A stretch of DNA of 64,000 bases from an uncultured Pelagibacteraceae bacterium. GTDB taxonomy: Bacteria > Pseudomonadota > Alphaproteobacteria > Pelagibacterales > AG-422-B15. The stretch spans positions 60,155-124,154 of the forward strand of contig CACNXQ010000002.1 in NCBI GenBank assembly GCA_902624455.1. Reading direction: 5' to 3'. Numbering within the stretch: position 1 is the first letter of the stretch; the number at the start of each line of letters is the position of its first letter. Position numbers and translations under genes: made by a program. Of the stretch, positions 15,961-25,034 are shown piece by piece. The notes beneath the pieces are model-generated. The model saw only the letters and a list, made by a program, of their open reading frames with translations. It was not told the origin of the DNA and did no database searches.

Positions 15961-17398
15961 AAAAAGACTATTTAAACATTTGCTAACAGTTATCATTGTT
16001 TATCTATTAAACTGTAACCTAGTGATGGCAGATTTTTTCCAAAATATATCAAATCTTATTGAAAATAATGTAGATCGTCTAAGCTATGGAGTATCGGTAA
16101 CCGATATTAACAAAGACGGCAAATTCGAATTTGTTGTTACAGGTTTTGGCACCGACAATTTGGCCTTAGGATATGAAGATGGCATTATTAAAAATCTTGT
16201 TACAAATAATAATTTCAACGATACAGATAGGAGAACAATTGGAGTTGCTGCGTGTGACATTGATCAAGATGGATATGAAGAAGTTTATTTTTTAAATACT
16301 GATACTTACAGTGGAGAAAAGCAATACTCAGACAGACTTCTCGATATAAAACAAAATCAAATTATTGATTTATTTTCACTAGATAAAAACATGAAGGAAT
16401 TAAATTATACGGCTGGTAGGTCAGTAGCGTGTGTAGATAGAGAAGGTAATGGTAAGTATGGGATATACATTGCAAATTATGGAGGTCCAACACGCTTTTA
16501 TGAATACCACAACGGTTCAATATCGGATAAAGCACCTGAGTTAAAAATTGATCAGATTACGGGCGGTAGAGCCATCGTGGTAGGACATATACTCTCTGAT
16601 TATAATGATATTTTTGCAGCAAATGAGCGAGGTGCGAATTTTCTTTATAGGAATGACAATGGAAATTTTGTTGATGTAGCAAATGAATTTGAAGTTCAGG
16701 ATATTTTCCAAAATGGGAGAGGTACTACCCTATCAAACATTTTCTATGATGGTGAGTTAGGCATAATTAATGGTAACTGGATGGGCTATCATCGCACTTA
16801 CGTTCGTATGGGAGATAAGTTCAAAGATATTGCAAAGCCTGACTTTGATACGCCAACAAGAGTAAGAACTGTTATATCAGCAGATTTTGATAATGATGGC
16901 TATGATGAAGTATTTATAAACAATATAGGTGAGCCTAATAAACTTTTTAAGATCCTACAATCTGGAGAGTTTGAAAAGATAGATTTAAATCAAGCATTAG
17001 AACCAAATGGCCTTGGCACCGGTGCAGCTGTTGCAGATATTGATAATGACGGTATTTTAGAATTATTAATTTCCCATGGTGAAAGTGGAGAGCAACCGTT
17101 ATCTCTCTATAAAGCAAATGTTCCAAGTAATCACAAATTTATTAGAATAAAACCAATAAATACTTTTGGTGCACCTGCACGTGGGGCAACTGTCAAACTT
17201 TACAGCGATCAGAGGATACATGCTAAGACAATTGATGCAGGATCAGGTTATTTATGTCAAATGGAACCAGTTGCACACTATGGTATAAGAAATTCAGAAG
17301 TAATTGAAAAGATAGAAGTGAAATGGACAAATGGTGAAGTAACAGAATATAAAGATATTAAAATCAATGAAACACTAGTAATCAATCAACTAGATTAA
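15947..17398 (+). CDS. Exported FG-GAP/VCBS repeat protein with C-terminal ASPIC/UnbV domain (CRTAC1 family)
   Basis: Start reset to ATG 15947, in frame with the track ORF, just before the upstream stop; signal peptide MLFSKKRLFKHLLTVIIVYLLNCNLVMA. Repeated Ca-binding DxDxDG motifs (DINKDGKFE, DIDQDGYEE, DFDNDGYDE, DIDNDGILE). The C-terminus matches the UnbV_ASPIC pattern (GATVKLYSD...DAGSGYLCQMEPVAHYGI). Confidence 0.75.
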   Translation: MLFSKKRLFKHLLTVIIVYLLNCNLVMADFFQNISNLIENNVDRLSYGVSVTDINKDGKFEFVVTGFGTDNLALGYEDGIIKNLVTNNNFNDTDRRTIGVAACDIDQDGYEEVYFLNTDTYSGEKQYSDRLLDIKQNQIIDLFSLDKNMKELNYTAGRSVACVDREGNGKYGIYIANYGGPTRFYEYHNGSISDKAPELKIDQITGGRAIVVGHILSDYNDIFAANERGANFLYRNDNGNFVDVANEFEVQDIFQNGRGTTLSNIFYDGELGIINGNWMGYHRTYVRMGDKFKDIAKPDFDTPTRVRTVISADFDNDGYDEVFINNIGEPNKLFKILQSGEFEKIDLNQALEPNGLGTGAAVADIDNDGILELLISHGESGEQPLSLYKANVPSNHKFIRIKPINTFGAPARGATVKLYSDQRIHAKTIDAGSGYLCQMEPVAHYGIRNSEVIEKIEVKWTNGEVTEYKDIKINETLVINQLD

Positions 17399-18105
17399 TT
17401 TGCCATTTGAATAAAAATATCGCCCATTCCACCCTGCACCTCTTCAATGGGTTGACTATTTCTAAATTCACACATAGCGCCTGTCATTTCATTAGAAGCT
17501 ATTGAAACAAGTTGATCGGTAGTACATTCCGATGCATTATGTAATAATCCAATTACTAAATCGCCACCTACTGTAAATACTTGTTCTTTGTCAAGCTTAT
17601 CATTTTTACAAAAATAATTTTTATTAACTCTCCTTGGAAAATTATCTTTTGCACAAGGATCCTTGATCGTTAAGACATAAAATTCATGATCTGTATTATC
17701 AAACGTAAATTTCGCCTTTTTCGTTTTGGCATATTTCATTAAATCACAAGTACAAGGCCAACAGCATCTATAGTATTCACCACAAATTAAATTATTTGTA
17801 TCTTCTTCATAAATCCTTACTAAGTCAGGAGTATCACCTGGTCTTAAAAGGGATCCGGACACTGAGCAGTACATTTTATTGTATTCAACAAAATCTTCAG
17901 CTGTTAAACTTTGTTCAAGAGCAAAGCTAAAAAATTTAGGACCCGCTGCATTTCTGTTGCCATCAGGGAAAATTCCTTCCCAAGACTCGTAAATATGATC
18001 ATAGTATTTTTGGCCTATCTCAATTGGTTCAATACTATCTTCAGCATTTGCATGAAAAGTCATAATATGCAGGCAGAAAATAAGAGCAATAATTTTACGA
18101 AGCAT
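17395..18105 (-). CDS. Exported cysteine-rich protein (236 aa), unknown function
   Basis: Signal peptide MLRKIIALIFCLHIMTFHANA; 10 Cys in the mature part, including CGEYYRCCWPCTC; no family recognised. Confidence 0.55.
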   Translation of the reverse strand: MLRKIIALIFCLHIMTFHANAEDSIEPIEIGQKYYDHIYESWEGIFPDGNRNAAGPKFFSFALEQSLTAEDFVEYNKMYCSVSGSLLRPGDTPDLVRIYEEDTNNLICGEYYRCCWPCTCDLMKYAKTKKAKFTFDNTDHEFYVLTIKDPCAKDNFPRRVNKNYFCKNDKLDKEQVFTVGGDLVIGLLHNASECTTDQLVSIASNEMTGAMCEFRNSQPIEEVQGGMGDIFIQMAN

Positions 18106-18145
18106 AAAACCTTAAGTAATTCTTATTTGGCAAAAGGGAAGTTAT

Positions 18146-18331
18146 TTATAATCTATTTTTTTCTGCCTTCCATGTACCACCATATTGATATCTTTGTAGT
18201 TTTTGTTTTTCAGGAAGACATAGTTTGCATAAAAAAACCCAAGATTTGTCATTTTCGTATCGACATCTATAAAGAACACCTGGAGTAACAGAGCAATTAT
18301 GACAGGATTTTTTCCTAACTCTCTTTATCAT
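18146..18331 (-). CDS. Small basic Cys-rich (putative zinc-binding) protein, 61 aa
   Basis: CHNC ... C ... CKLC pattern and lysine/arginine-rich termini; no family recognised. Confidence 0.4.
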   Translation of the reverse strand: MIKRVRKKSCHNCSVTPGVLYRCRYENDKSWVFLCKLCLPEKQKLQRYQYGGTWKAEKNRL

Positions 18332-18455
18332 CTATTTCTTCAAATTCACCTTCAAACACTCTATCTTGCTTTTTTTCGGGGAAATAAATTTTTTTAATAA
18401 AATAGCTAACTGCAATAATAAAAATTAAAGTTATTAAAATAGTTAATATTTTCAT
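18315..18455 (-). CDS. Candidate 46-aa membrane-anchored peptide
   Basis: Manual translation gives MKILTILITLIFIIAVSYFIKKIYFPEKKQDRVFEGEFEEIDDKES. It overlaps the next ATG by 17 nt and starts 3 nt after the upstream stop. Confidence 0.25.
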   Translation of the reverse strand: MKILTILITLIFIIAVSYFIKKIYFPEKKQDRVFEGEFEEIDDKES

Positions 18456-18457
18456 AT

Positions 18458-19081
18458 TTAATTTTTCTTTGTTTTATAAAAATAAATTGATAAATAATAA
18501 AATACAAACGATCCAATAATCCAAGCAGATTGAGTCTGTAATGCAACAGTTCTATCACCTACCATTTGTAACTTAGGATTAAACCACGAACCAAGTGGCA
18601 TCATTGGTGCCCAGGACAACAAAGTGTTTCCACCAACTTGATGATGATATATAACTATCTCAACCAAAATATTTTGGAACATAAACCATGCAAATAAAAC
18701 AAGAAATACAGACCAATAGAATTTTTTAAAACTCTCTTTATTTCTAAATATCCACCCAACTAAAAGAATTCCAAACCATACAATCCCTGTATCACCTAAA
18801 GAATTTACTATCCAATTAATATTCATTGGTATAGCGCAGCTTAATGCTTCAGATCTTCTAAGGTTAACCTCCTCTCCATTTAATAATCCGTAATTAATCC
18901 AAAGTTCCCATCCTAATGCAGCAATTACAAACGAAGAAACCAAGGTAAGTGATACCCATCTTTCCATTTTATTTTTCAAAATAAGGTATGATGACAAAAT
19001 TAAAGGCGCAGATGCAGCCAAATAAACTACAAATACTCTTCTAGCTTCATAGGGGTCTAAACCGCAATCAAATGGCCACAT
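18458..19081 (-). CDS. Integral membrane protein (207 aa), unknown function
   Basis: Five to six hydrophobic, Trp-rich segments; no family recognised. Confidence 0.5.
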   Translation of the reverse strand: MWPFDCGLDPYEARRVFVVYLAASAPLILSSYLILKNKMERWVSLTLVSSFVIAALGWELWINYGLLNGEEVNLRRSEALSCAIPMNINWIVNSLGDTGIVWFGILLVGWIFRNKESFKKFYWSVFLVLFAWFMFQNILVEIVIYHHQVGGNTLLSWAPMMPLGSWFNPKLQMVGDRTVALQTQSAWIIGSFVFYYLSIYFYKTKKN

Positions 19082-19091
19082 TCAATTATAT

Positions 19092-19244
19092 TTAATTACT
19101 AAATATTAGAAAAGAGACCACACAAATTAATACAAAAGTGTACCAAGTAATTACCCAGTTTCTTGCTTTGTTAGGATTTATGTTTTTTCCCTTTTCGCCT
19201 TCTTTATTATAAGGGCCAAGTTTCTGATAAAATTTACGTGTCAT
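19092..19244 (-). CDS. Candidate 50-aa tail-anchored membrane peptide
   Basis: Manual translation gives MTRKFYQKLGPYNKEGEKGKNINPNKARNWVITWYTFVLICVVSFLIFSN. It lies between tRNA-Lys and the 207-aa membrane protein on the same strand. Confidence 0.25.
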   Translation of the reverse strand: MTRKFYQKLGPYNKEGEKGKNINPNKARNWVITWYTFVLICVVSFLIFSN

Positions 19245-19254
19245 AATTTTTTAC

Positions 19255-19330
19255 TGGCGAGCCCGCTCGGGTTCGAACCGAGGACAACTCCCTTAAAAGG
19301 GGAGTGCTCTACCAACTGAGCTACGGGCTC
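19255..19330 (-). tRNA. tRNA-Lys (anticodon UUU), CCA encoded
   Basis: The reverse complement GAGCCCGUAGCUCAGUUGGUAGAGCACUCCCCUUUUAAGGGAGUUGUCCUCGGUUCGAACCCGAGCGGGCUCGCCA folds as a cloverleaf. It has a 7-bp acceptor stem, anticodon stem CUCCC/GGGAG, loop CUUUUAA and T-loop GGUUCGAAC. Confidence 0.9.
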
Positions 19331-19395
19331 CTCAAGAATCGCCATGTTTAAGTTGTTTAAAATATACTGCTAAATAACTATTTCAAGTAATTAAC

Positions 19396-19701
19396 TTACA
19401 TCATATCTAGTTCTAACCTTGCAACATCTGACATTCGAGACATATCCCATGGTGGATCCCAAATTAAATCAACAGCAACTTTATTAACACCTTCAACAGC
19501 TAAAACTGCATCTTTAACTTTCTTTGGCATTTCATCGGCAACAGGGCAATTAGGAGTTGTTAAAGTCATCTGAATAATAACGTCATTTTCAGGAGTAACC
19601 TCACACTTGTAAATTAGTCCAAGTTCATATACATCAACTGGAATTTCAGGATCAAATACAGTTTTAAGAGCTTCTATTACTTTTTCATCATTTATTTGCA
19701 T
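19396..19701 (-). CDS. sufT: SUF system Fe-S assembly protein, DUF59/SufT family
   Basis: VFDPEIPVDVYELGLIY and LTTPNCPV motifs typical of DUF59; last gene of the suf cluster. Confidence 0.75.
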   Translation of the reverse strand: MQINDEKVIEALKTVFDPEIPVDVYELGLIYKCEVTPENDVIIQMTLTTPNCPVADEMPKKVKDAVLAVEGVNKVAVDLIWDPPWDMSRMSDVARLELDMM

Positions 19702-19702
19702 A

Positions 19703-20284
19703 TCAATTAAAATACTTTACGTAATCTCCATAACCTTTTTCATCCATTTCAGACAAAGGAATAAATCTAAGAGAAGCAGAATTAATACAATACCTCAATC
19801 CTGTTTCAGTAGGACCATCATTAAATAAATGGCCCAGATGAGCCTGACCGTACTCACTTCTTACTTCAGTTCTAGTCATACCATGAGATTTATCAACCAC
19901 TTCAACTATATCTGTTCCTTCAATAGGCCTATCAAAACTTGGCCATCCTGTACCTGAGTCAAATTTATCTTTTGATGAGAACAATGGTTCACCTGAAATG
20001 ACATCAACGTAAAGACCAACCTCTTTACTGTCCCAAAATTCATTTGTAAATGGTCTTTCTGTTCCATTTTCTAAAGCAACAATTCTTTGCTCTTCAGTAA
20101 GGTTATTTATTGCCTCTTGTCTTTCTTCAGGTGTTGCAGAACACCAAAAAGGTGTATCAATTATATTAACTTTTGTCATGTCGTACTCCTCTAAGTTTAC
20201 ATCGGCAAATGTGTTTTTACCGAATGTAAGTTGTAAAACTATTAATGTAACTAGTAGAACTATATATATGTAATAAAGTCGCAT
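19703..20284 (-). CDS. msrB: Peptide-methionine (R)-S-oxide reductase; start ambiguous (20284 gives a signal-peptide form, 20179 a cytoplasmic form)
   Basis: GTERPF, GWPSF, HLGHLFNDGP and catalytic RYCINS motifs; no zinc-binding CxxC pairs. The track ORF start at 20335 was rejected because it overlaps sufU. Confidence 0.85.
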   Translation of the reverse strand: MRLYYIYIVLLVTLIVLQLTFGKNTFADVNLEEYDMTKVNIIDTPFWCSATPEERQEAINNLTEEQRIVALENGTERPFTNEFWDSKEVGLYVDVISGEPLFSSKDKFDSGTGWPSFDRPIEGTDIVEVVDKSHGMTRTEVRSEYGQAHLGHLFNDGPTETGLRYCINSASLRFIPLSEMDEKGYGDYVKYFN

Positions 20285-20721
20285 TACTTGTTCTCCACTG
20301 CTGATTTGAATGTGTGCCAAGCTAAAGTCGCACATTTTACCCTCATGGGAAATGCTTCTACTCCTTTCAAAGCATAAAGTGAATCTTCATCATTTAATAT
20401 TTCTAACGTATCAGCATCACCTTTAACTAGTTTGGTAAAATCATTGAATATACTTTGAGCTTCACTTAATTTCATGCCTTTTAGTTTTTCTGTCATTAGT
20501 GATGCTGAGGCTATTGAAATAGCACATCCCTCACCTGAAAACTTGATATCATTAATAATATCATTTTCGTCTAAGTAAAAACTAAGGTGAACTTTATCTC
20601 CACAAAGTGGATTATGACCATCTGCACTTTTGTTATGGTTTTCACACGTGCCAAAATTTCTTGGCTCTTGGCCATGATCTAAAATTATTTCTTGATAAAG
20701 CTCTTTTAGCAAATCGTTCAT
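20284..20721 (-). CDS. sufU: SUF system NifU-family Fe-S scaffold/sulfur acceptor (SufU-type)
   Basis: ILDHGQEPRNFG, NPLCGD and GEGCAISIASASLMTE motifs. Confidence 0.8.
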   Translation of the reverse strand: MNDLLKELYQEIILDHGQEPRNFGTCENHNKSADGHNPLCGDKVHLSFYLDENDIINDIKFSGEGCAISIASASLMTEKLKGMKLSEAQSIFNDFTKLVKGDADTLEILNDEDSLYALKGVEAFPMRVKCATLAWHTFKSAVENK

Positions 20722-21938
20722 TTTTTGAAAAAATCTCTACATTTTTTAATTGCGTTAATAAAAACTTTTATTTCGTCGGCAGTATTATAAATCCCAAATG
20801 ACATTCTTGATGTAGAATTAACATTCAGTTTTTTCATTAAAGGCTGACAGCAGTGATGACCAGCTCTAATAGCAACACCCTCGACATCTAAAAAAGAAGC
20901 AACTTCATGAGAATGTATGTTTTCTAAATTAAAGGAAATGATAGAGTTTTTATCTGAACTTGTTCCATATATTTCTACAAAGTCAAGATCCATCATTTCG
21001 TTTAAGGCAGTTTTAGTTAATTCAGTTTCATGGTTATTGATATTATTCATTCCTATTTCAGTAACGTAATCTATAGCAACACCTAAACCAAAAGCTTCAA
21101 CAATAGGTGGTGTTCCTGCTTCATATTTTGCTGGCAAACCAGTGAAAGTTGCACTATCAAGAGTTACATCTGCAATCATTCCTCCTCCGCCTTGATATGG
21201 CGGAAGTTGCTCTAATATTTCTTCTTTACCATATAAAATACCTATACCAGATGGTCCATAAAGCTTATGACCAGAAAAAACATAGAAGTCACATCCTAAT
21301 TTTTGAACATCTATATCTAAATGTGCTGCTGACTGACAGCCGTCTAATAATACTGGGATATTTCTATCATTACACAACTTTAATATTTCAGAATTTGTTT
21401 CTGTTCCAAATACATTTGATAAATGGGTAATAGCAACAATTTTTGTCTTATCATTTAATAACGACGCGAAATGCTCTTTATCTATATGCCCATTTTTATC
21501 AATATCTGCAAATTTAATTGTGCATTTATATTTATCACGTACTAGAAACCATGGTATTAAGTTTGAATGATGTTCCATTGTAGTTAAAACAATCTCATCT
21601 CCTTCGTTAATATTTTTTTCAGCAAATGTTTGTGCAATTAAATTAATGCTTTCGGTTGCACTTTTAGTAAAAATAATTTCTTTTTCCGAAGAGGCGTTTA
21701 TAAATTTCTGAACCTTTACACGCGCTTCTTCAAATGCAAAGGTAGACTCTACTGAGAGAGTATGAATTCCCCTGCTTACATTTGAATAGTTTTGTCTATA
21801 AAAATTATCCATCTCACTAATAACTAGTTCAGGTTTTTGAGCTGATGCAGCAGTGTCAAAGTAAATAAGATCTTTTTGATTTAAGATTTTTTTATCTAAA
21901 ATTGGGAAATCTTTTCTTATTTTTGAAGTATTTATCAT
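20718..21938 (-). CDS. sufS: Cysteine desulfurase SufS
   Basis: PLP-lysine context FSGHKLYGPSG and catalytic Cys loop RAGHHCCQP; 406 aa. Confidence 0.9.
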   Translation of the reverse strand: MINTSKIRKDFPILDKKILNQKDLIYFDTAASAQKPELVISEMDNFYRQNYSNVSRGIHTLSVESTFAFEEARVKVQKFINASSEKEIIFTKSATESINLIAQTFAEKNINEGDEIVLTTMEHHSNLIPWFLVRDKYKCTIKFADIDKNGHIDKEHFASLLNDKTKIVAITHLSNVFGTETNSEILKLCNDRNIPVLLDGCQSAAHLDIDVQKLGCDFYVFSGHKLYGPSGIGILYGKEEILEQLPPYQGGGGMIADVTLDSATFTGLPAKYEAGTPPIVEAFGLGVAIDYVTEIGMNNINNHETELTKTALNEMMDLDFVEIYGTSSDKNSIISFNLENIHSHEVASFLDVEGVAIRAGHHCCQPLMKKLNVNSTSRMSFGIYNTADEIKVFINAIKKCRDFFKK

Positions 21939-22856
21939 TTATGAAATTGAAGTAATATAATTGAAAGCTTTTTTTTGCATTTCGTCATTTGAGATTTTAT
22001 CTACAAATTCACCAAGGAAACCCTCAATGTAAATTTTTTCAGCATCTTCTTTTGAGATGCCTCTTGATTTTAAATAAAATAATATGTTTTCATCTGGTTT
22101 ACCTGAAGCTGCGCCATGAGCACATACTACATCGTCATTGTTTATATCAAGCATTGGAATTAAATTAATTCTTGCCTCTTCGTCCATCACTAAACCTTTA
22201 CTTATTTGAGTTGACTCAGTATCTGAACAGTCTTTATCGACAAAGACCATTCCACTAAAAGTAATATTAGACTTTCCTCTTGAGACTGTTTTAAAAGAAC
22301 AGTCTGATTTTGCGGATTTAGATAAATGATTAATTATAAGTTCATTTTTAGCATTCGTAGAATTAGATATTACTGCTCCAGAGCCTATATAACTTGCATT
22401 TTTTTCTTTAAGAGAAATGATTGTTTTACTGTTCATTTCTTGTGAACCGTTTGAAAAATTAAAATCTCTGAATTCACAATTACCTGACAAATCAATCTTA
22501 TGATTAAAGGAATTCACTGACTCTGGATTGAATTTATTGAGCCTAAACAACTCAAATATAGAATCTTTATTTAGTTTCGACTCAATCTTAAATTCAGAAC
22601 CATTATCATAATTTGATTCATCACGAATCTCTAAAAAACAATTAGGTCCGACATCAATATTGAGTGAAAGGTTTATTTTAAAATCTGACTTGTTAATTAA
22701 ATTGACAATCAATCTCTCTGTTGAGTCAGTTAATTTTATGGATCCATCAAAATTGCCCTGTTCACCTTTAAGATTTATTTTATTTTTTGTTAAACTGCCT
22801 TCTAACTCAATCACATCGCTAAATATCAAAGAACAGTTGAGTATTTTTTCAGACAT
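21939..22856 (-). CDS. sufD: Fe-S cluster assembly protein SufD (short form, 305 aa)
   Basis: Position between sufC and sufS. The C-terminal region (CAHGAASGKPDENILFYLKSRGISKEDAEKIYIEGF) matches the conserved SufB/SufD C-terminal core. Confidence 0.75.
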   Translation of the reverse strand: MSEKILNCSLIFSDVIELEGSLTKNKINLKGEQGNFDGSIKLTDSTERLIVNLINKSDFKINLSLNIDVGPNCFLEIRDESNYDNGSEFKIESKLNKDSIFELFRLNKFNPESVNSFNHKIDLSGNCEFRDFNFSNGSQEMNSKTIISLKEKNASYIGSGAVISNSTNAKNELIINHLSKSAKSDCSFKTVSRGKSNITFSGMVFVDKDCSDTESTQISKGLVMDEEARINLIPMLDINNDDVVCAHGAASGKPDENILFYLKSRGISKEDAEKIYIEGFLGEFVDKISNDEMQKKAFNYITSIS

Positions 22857-22858
22857 AG

Positions 22859-23590
22859 TTAACCTGCATAACCTTCTTGATCTATTCTTGATGCAAGTGA
22901 TTTATCGCCTGACTCAACAATAGCACCATCTTGAAAGACATGAACAAAGTCAGGCTCAATATACTCTAAAAGTCTTAAGTAATGAGTAATGATGATAAAT
23001 GATCTATCGCTTGATCTTAATTGATTTACTGCTTCAGATGTACTTTTAAGGGCATCAACATCAAGACCTGAGTCCGTCTCATCCATTATTACGAGACTTG
23101 GATTAAGTAAGTCCATTTGTAATACTTCATTCTTCTTTTTTTCTCCCCCAGAGAATCCCGTATTGACAAATCTAGAATGCATATCCATTGGAATATCAAG
23201 TCGCTTTGATTTTTCTCTGAGTAATTTTAAAAATTCGCCGGCATCGATTGGATCCAAGCCTTCCTTTTTTCTATGAACGTTTACAATTTGCTTTAGATAG
23301 GTAGCATTGGTCACACCAGGAAGTTCTATTGGGTACTGAAATGCCAAAAAAAGTCCAAGCAACGATCTGTCTGAAGGATCAAGTTCTAATAAATTTTTGT
23401 TATGAAACTCTATTTGACCCGATTGAACTAAATAGTTTGGGTTTCCAGCTAGTGTGTGAGCAATAGTGCTTTTGCCTGATCCATTTGGTCCCATGATTGC
23501 ATGAATCTCACCTTTGCCAATATTAAGACTAAGATCCTTCAAAATATGTTTATCTTCAACTGAGACGTTAAGTTTTTTAATCTCTAACAT
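22859..23590 (-). CDS. sufC: Fe-S cluster assembly ATPase SufC
   Basis: Start reset to MLEIKKLNVSV (ATG at 23590), 1 nt after the sufB stop. Walker A GPNGSGKST, signature FSGGEKKKNE, Walker B VIMDETDSGLD. Confidence 0.95.
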   Translation of the reverse strand: MLEIKKLNVSVEDKHILKDLSLNIGKGEIHAIMGPNGSGKSTIAHTLAGNPNYLVQSGQIEFHNKNLLELDPSDRSLLGLFLAFQYPIELPGVTNATYLKQIVNVHRKKEGLDPIDAGEFLKLLREKSKRLDIPMDMHSRFVNTGFSGGEKKKNEVLQMDLLNPSLVIMDETDSGLDVDALKSTSEAVNQLRSSDRSFIIITHYLRLLEYIEPDFVHVFQDGAIVESGDKSLASRIDQEGYAG

Positions 23591-23591
23591 T

Positions 23592-25034
23592 TTATCCAAC
23601 ACTTCCTTCAAGACTAATGTTAACAAGTTTTTGAGCTTCAACGGCAAACTCCATTGGTAACTTCTGCAATACTTCCTTACAGAAACCATTAACAATCAAG
23701 CCTTGAGCGGCCTCTGCATCAAGTCCTCTTTGCATTACATAAAATAGTTGTTCATCACTAATCTTTGATGTTGTTGCCTCGTGTTCTATCGAAGAGTCAT
23801 TAGAACCATTTTCAGTTAATGGAATTGTGTGTGCGCTGCATTTACCACCAACCAATAATGAGTCGCATTGGGTATAATTTTTTGCATTTTTTGCTCTTTT
23901 GTTAAAACTTACTAATCCTCTATATGTATTTGATGACTTACCAGCAGATATTCCTTTGGATATAATCCTACTCTTTGTATTTTTTCCTAAATGAATCATT
24001 TTTGTACCGGTGTCTGCCTGTTGATAATTATTTGTGATCGCCACCGAATAGAATTCTCCAGTTGAATTATCTCCACGCAAAATACAACTTGGATACTTCC
24101 ATGTAATAGCAGATCCAGTTTCAACTTGTGTCCAAGATATTTTAGAATTTACTCCTTTACAAAGTCCTCTTTTTGTAACGAAATTATAAATTCCACCTAC
24201 ACCATTTTCATCACCCGGATACCAATTCTGAACAGTTGAATATTTAATTTCAGCATTATCCAAGGCTACTAATTCAACATTTGCGGCGTGAAGTTGATTT
24301 TCGTCACGCATGGGTGCCGTACAGCCTTCTAAATAACTTACATAACTTCCTTCATCAGCTACTATTAGTGTTCTTTCAAACTGACCAGTCTCTGATGCAT
24401 TTATTCTAAAATAAGTTGATAATTCCATCGGACACTTCACGCCTTTTGGAATGTATACGAAAGAACCATCACTAAAGACTGCTGAATTTAACGTTGCGTA
24501 ATAATGATCAGTAACGGGTATTACCGTTCCCAAATATTTCTTAACCAAATCAGGATGTTTCCTAATTGCTTCTGAAATTGGACAAAATATTACACCTATT
24601 TCATCAAGCTTATCCTTAAATGTTGTAGCTACTGATACACTATCGAAAACAGCGTCGACTGCTACACCAGCAAGGACTTTTTGCTCTTTAAGAGGGATGC
24701 CTAATTTCTCATAGGTCTCTAATAGCTTTGGATCCACTTCATCTAAAGATTTTGGTTTATCCTTAAAGTCTTTTGGAGATGCGTAATAATATATGTCCTG
24801 AAAATCAATATCATCAAATTTGGCCTTCACCCACTTAGGTGGTTCCATATGCTGCAGTCTCTCGTAAGCCTTGAGTCTCCAATCGAGCATCCACTGCGGC
24901 TCTTCTTTCTTTTTAGAGATAAGTCTAATTACATCTTCGTTAAGTCCCTTTGGAATTTTGTCACTCTCAATATCAGTCACAAATCCATATTTGTACTTAT
25001 CTTGTTGAAAATTATCTTTGCTTACTTTATTCAT
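23592..25034 (-). CDS. sufB: Fe-S cluster assembly protein SufB
   Basis: 480 aa; highly conserved SufB blocks ([41 protein letters not shown]). Confidence 0.95.
   Translation of the reverse strand: MNKVSKDNFQQDKYKYGFVTDIESDKIPKGLNEDVIRLISKKKEEPQWMLDWRLKAYERLQHMEPPKWVKAKFDDIDFQDIYYYASPKDFKDKPKSLDEVDPKLLETYEKLGIPLKEQKVLAGVAVDAVFDSVSVATTFKDKLDEIGVIFCPISEAIRKHPDLVKKYLGTVIPVTDHYYATLNSAVFSDGSFVYIPKGVKCPMELSTYFRINASETGQFERTLIVADEGSYVSYLEGCTAPMRDENQLHAANVELVALDNAEIKYSTVQNWYPGDENGVGGIYNFVTKRGLCKGVNSKISWTQVETGSAITWKYPSCILRGDNSTGEFYSVAITNNYQQADTGTKMIHLGKNTKSRIISKGISAGKSSNTYRGLVSFNKRAKNAKNYTQCDSLLVGGKCSAHTIPLTENGSNDSSIEHEATTSKISDEQLFYVMQRGLDAEAAQGLIVNGFCKEVLQKLPMEFAVEAQKLVNISLEGSVG

Noticed and set aside
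1-19254. Classical tRNA-integrated mobile island (integrase, att direct repeat of the tRNA-Lys 3' end), IS elements, CRISPR arrays
   Set aside because: No integrase, transposase or recombinase-like ORF is present. No repeat-spacer array is present. By eye I found no second copy of the tRNA 3' segment (only an unrelated GTTCGAAC at about 7027). A computational repeat search is still needed.
23591-23695. 35-codon extension of sufC overlapping sufB
   Set aside because: The canonical SufC N-terminus MLEIKKL starts 1 nt after the sufB stop. The extension lies inside the conserved sufB coding sequence.
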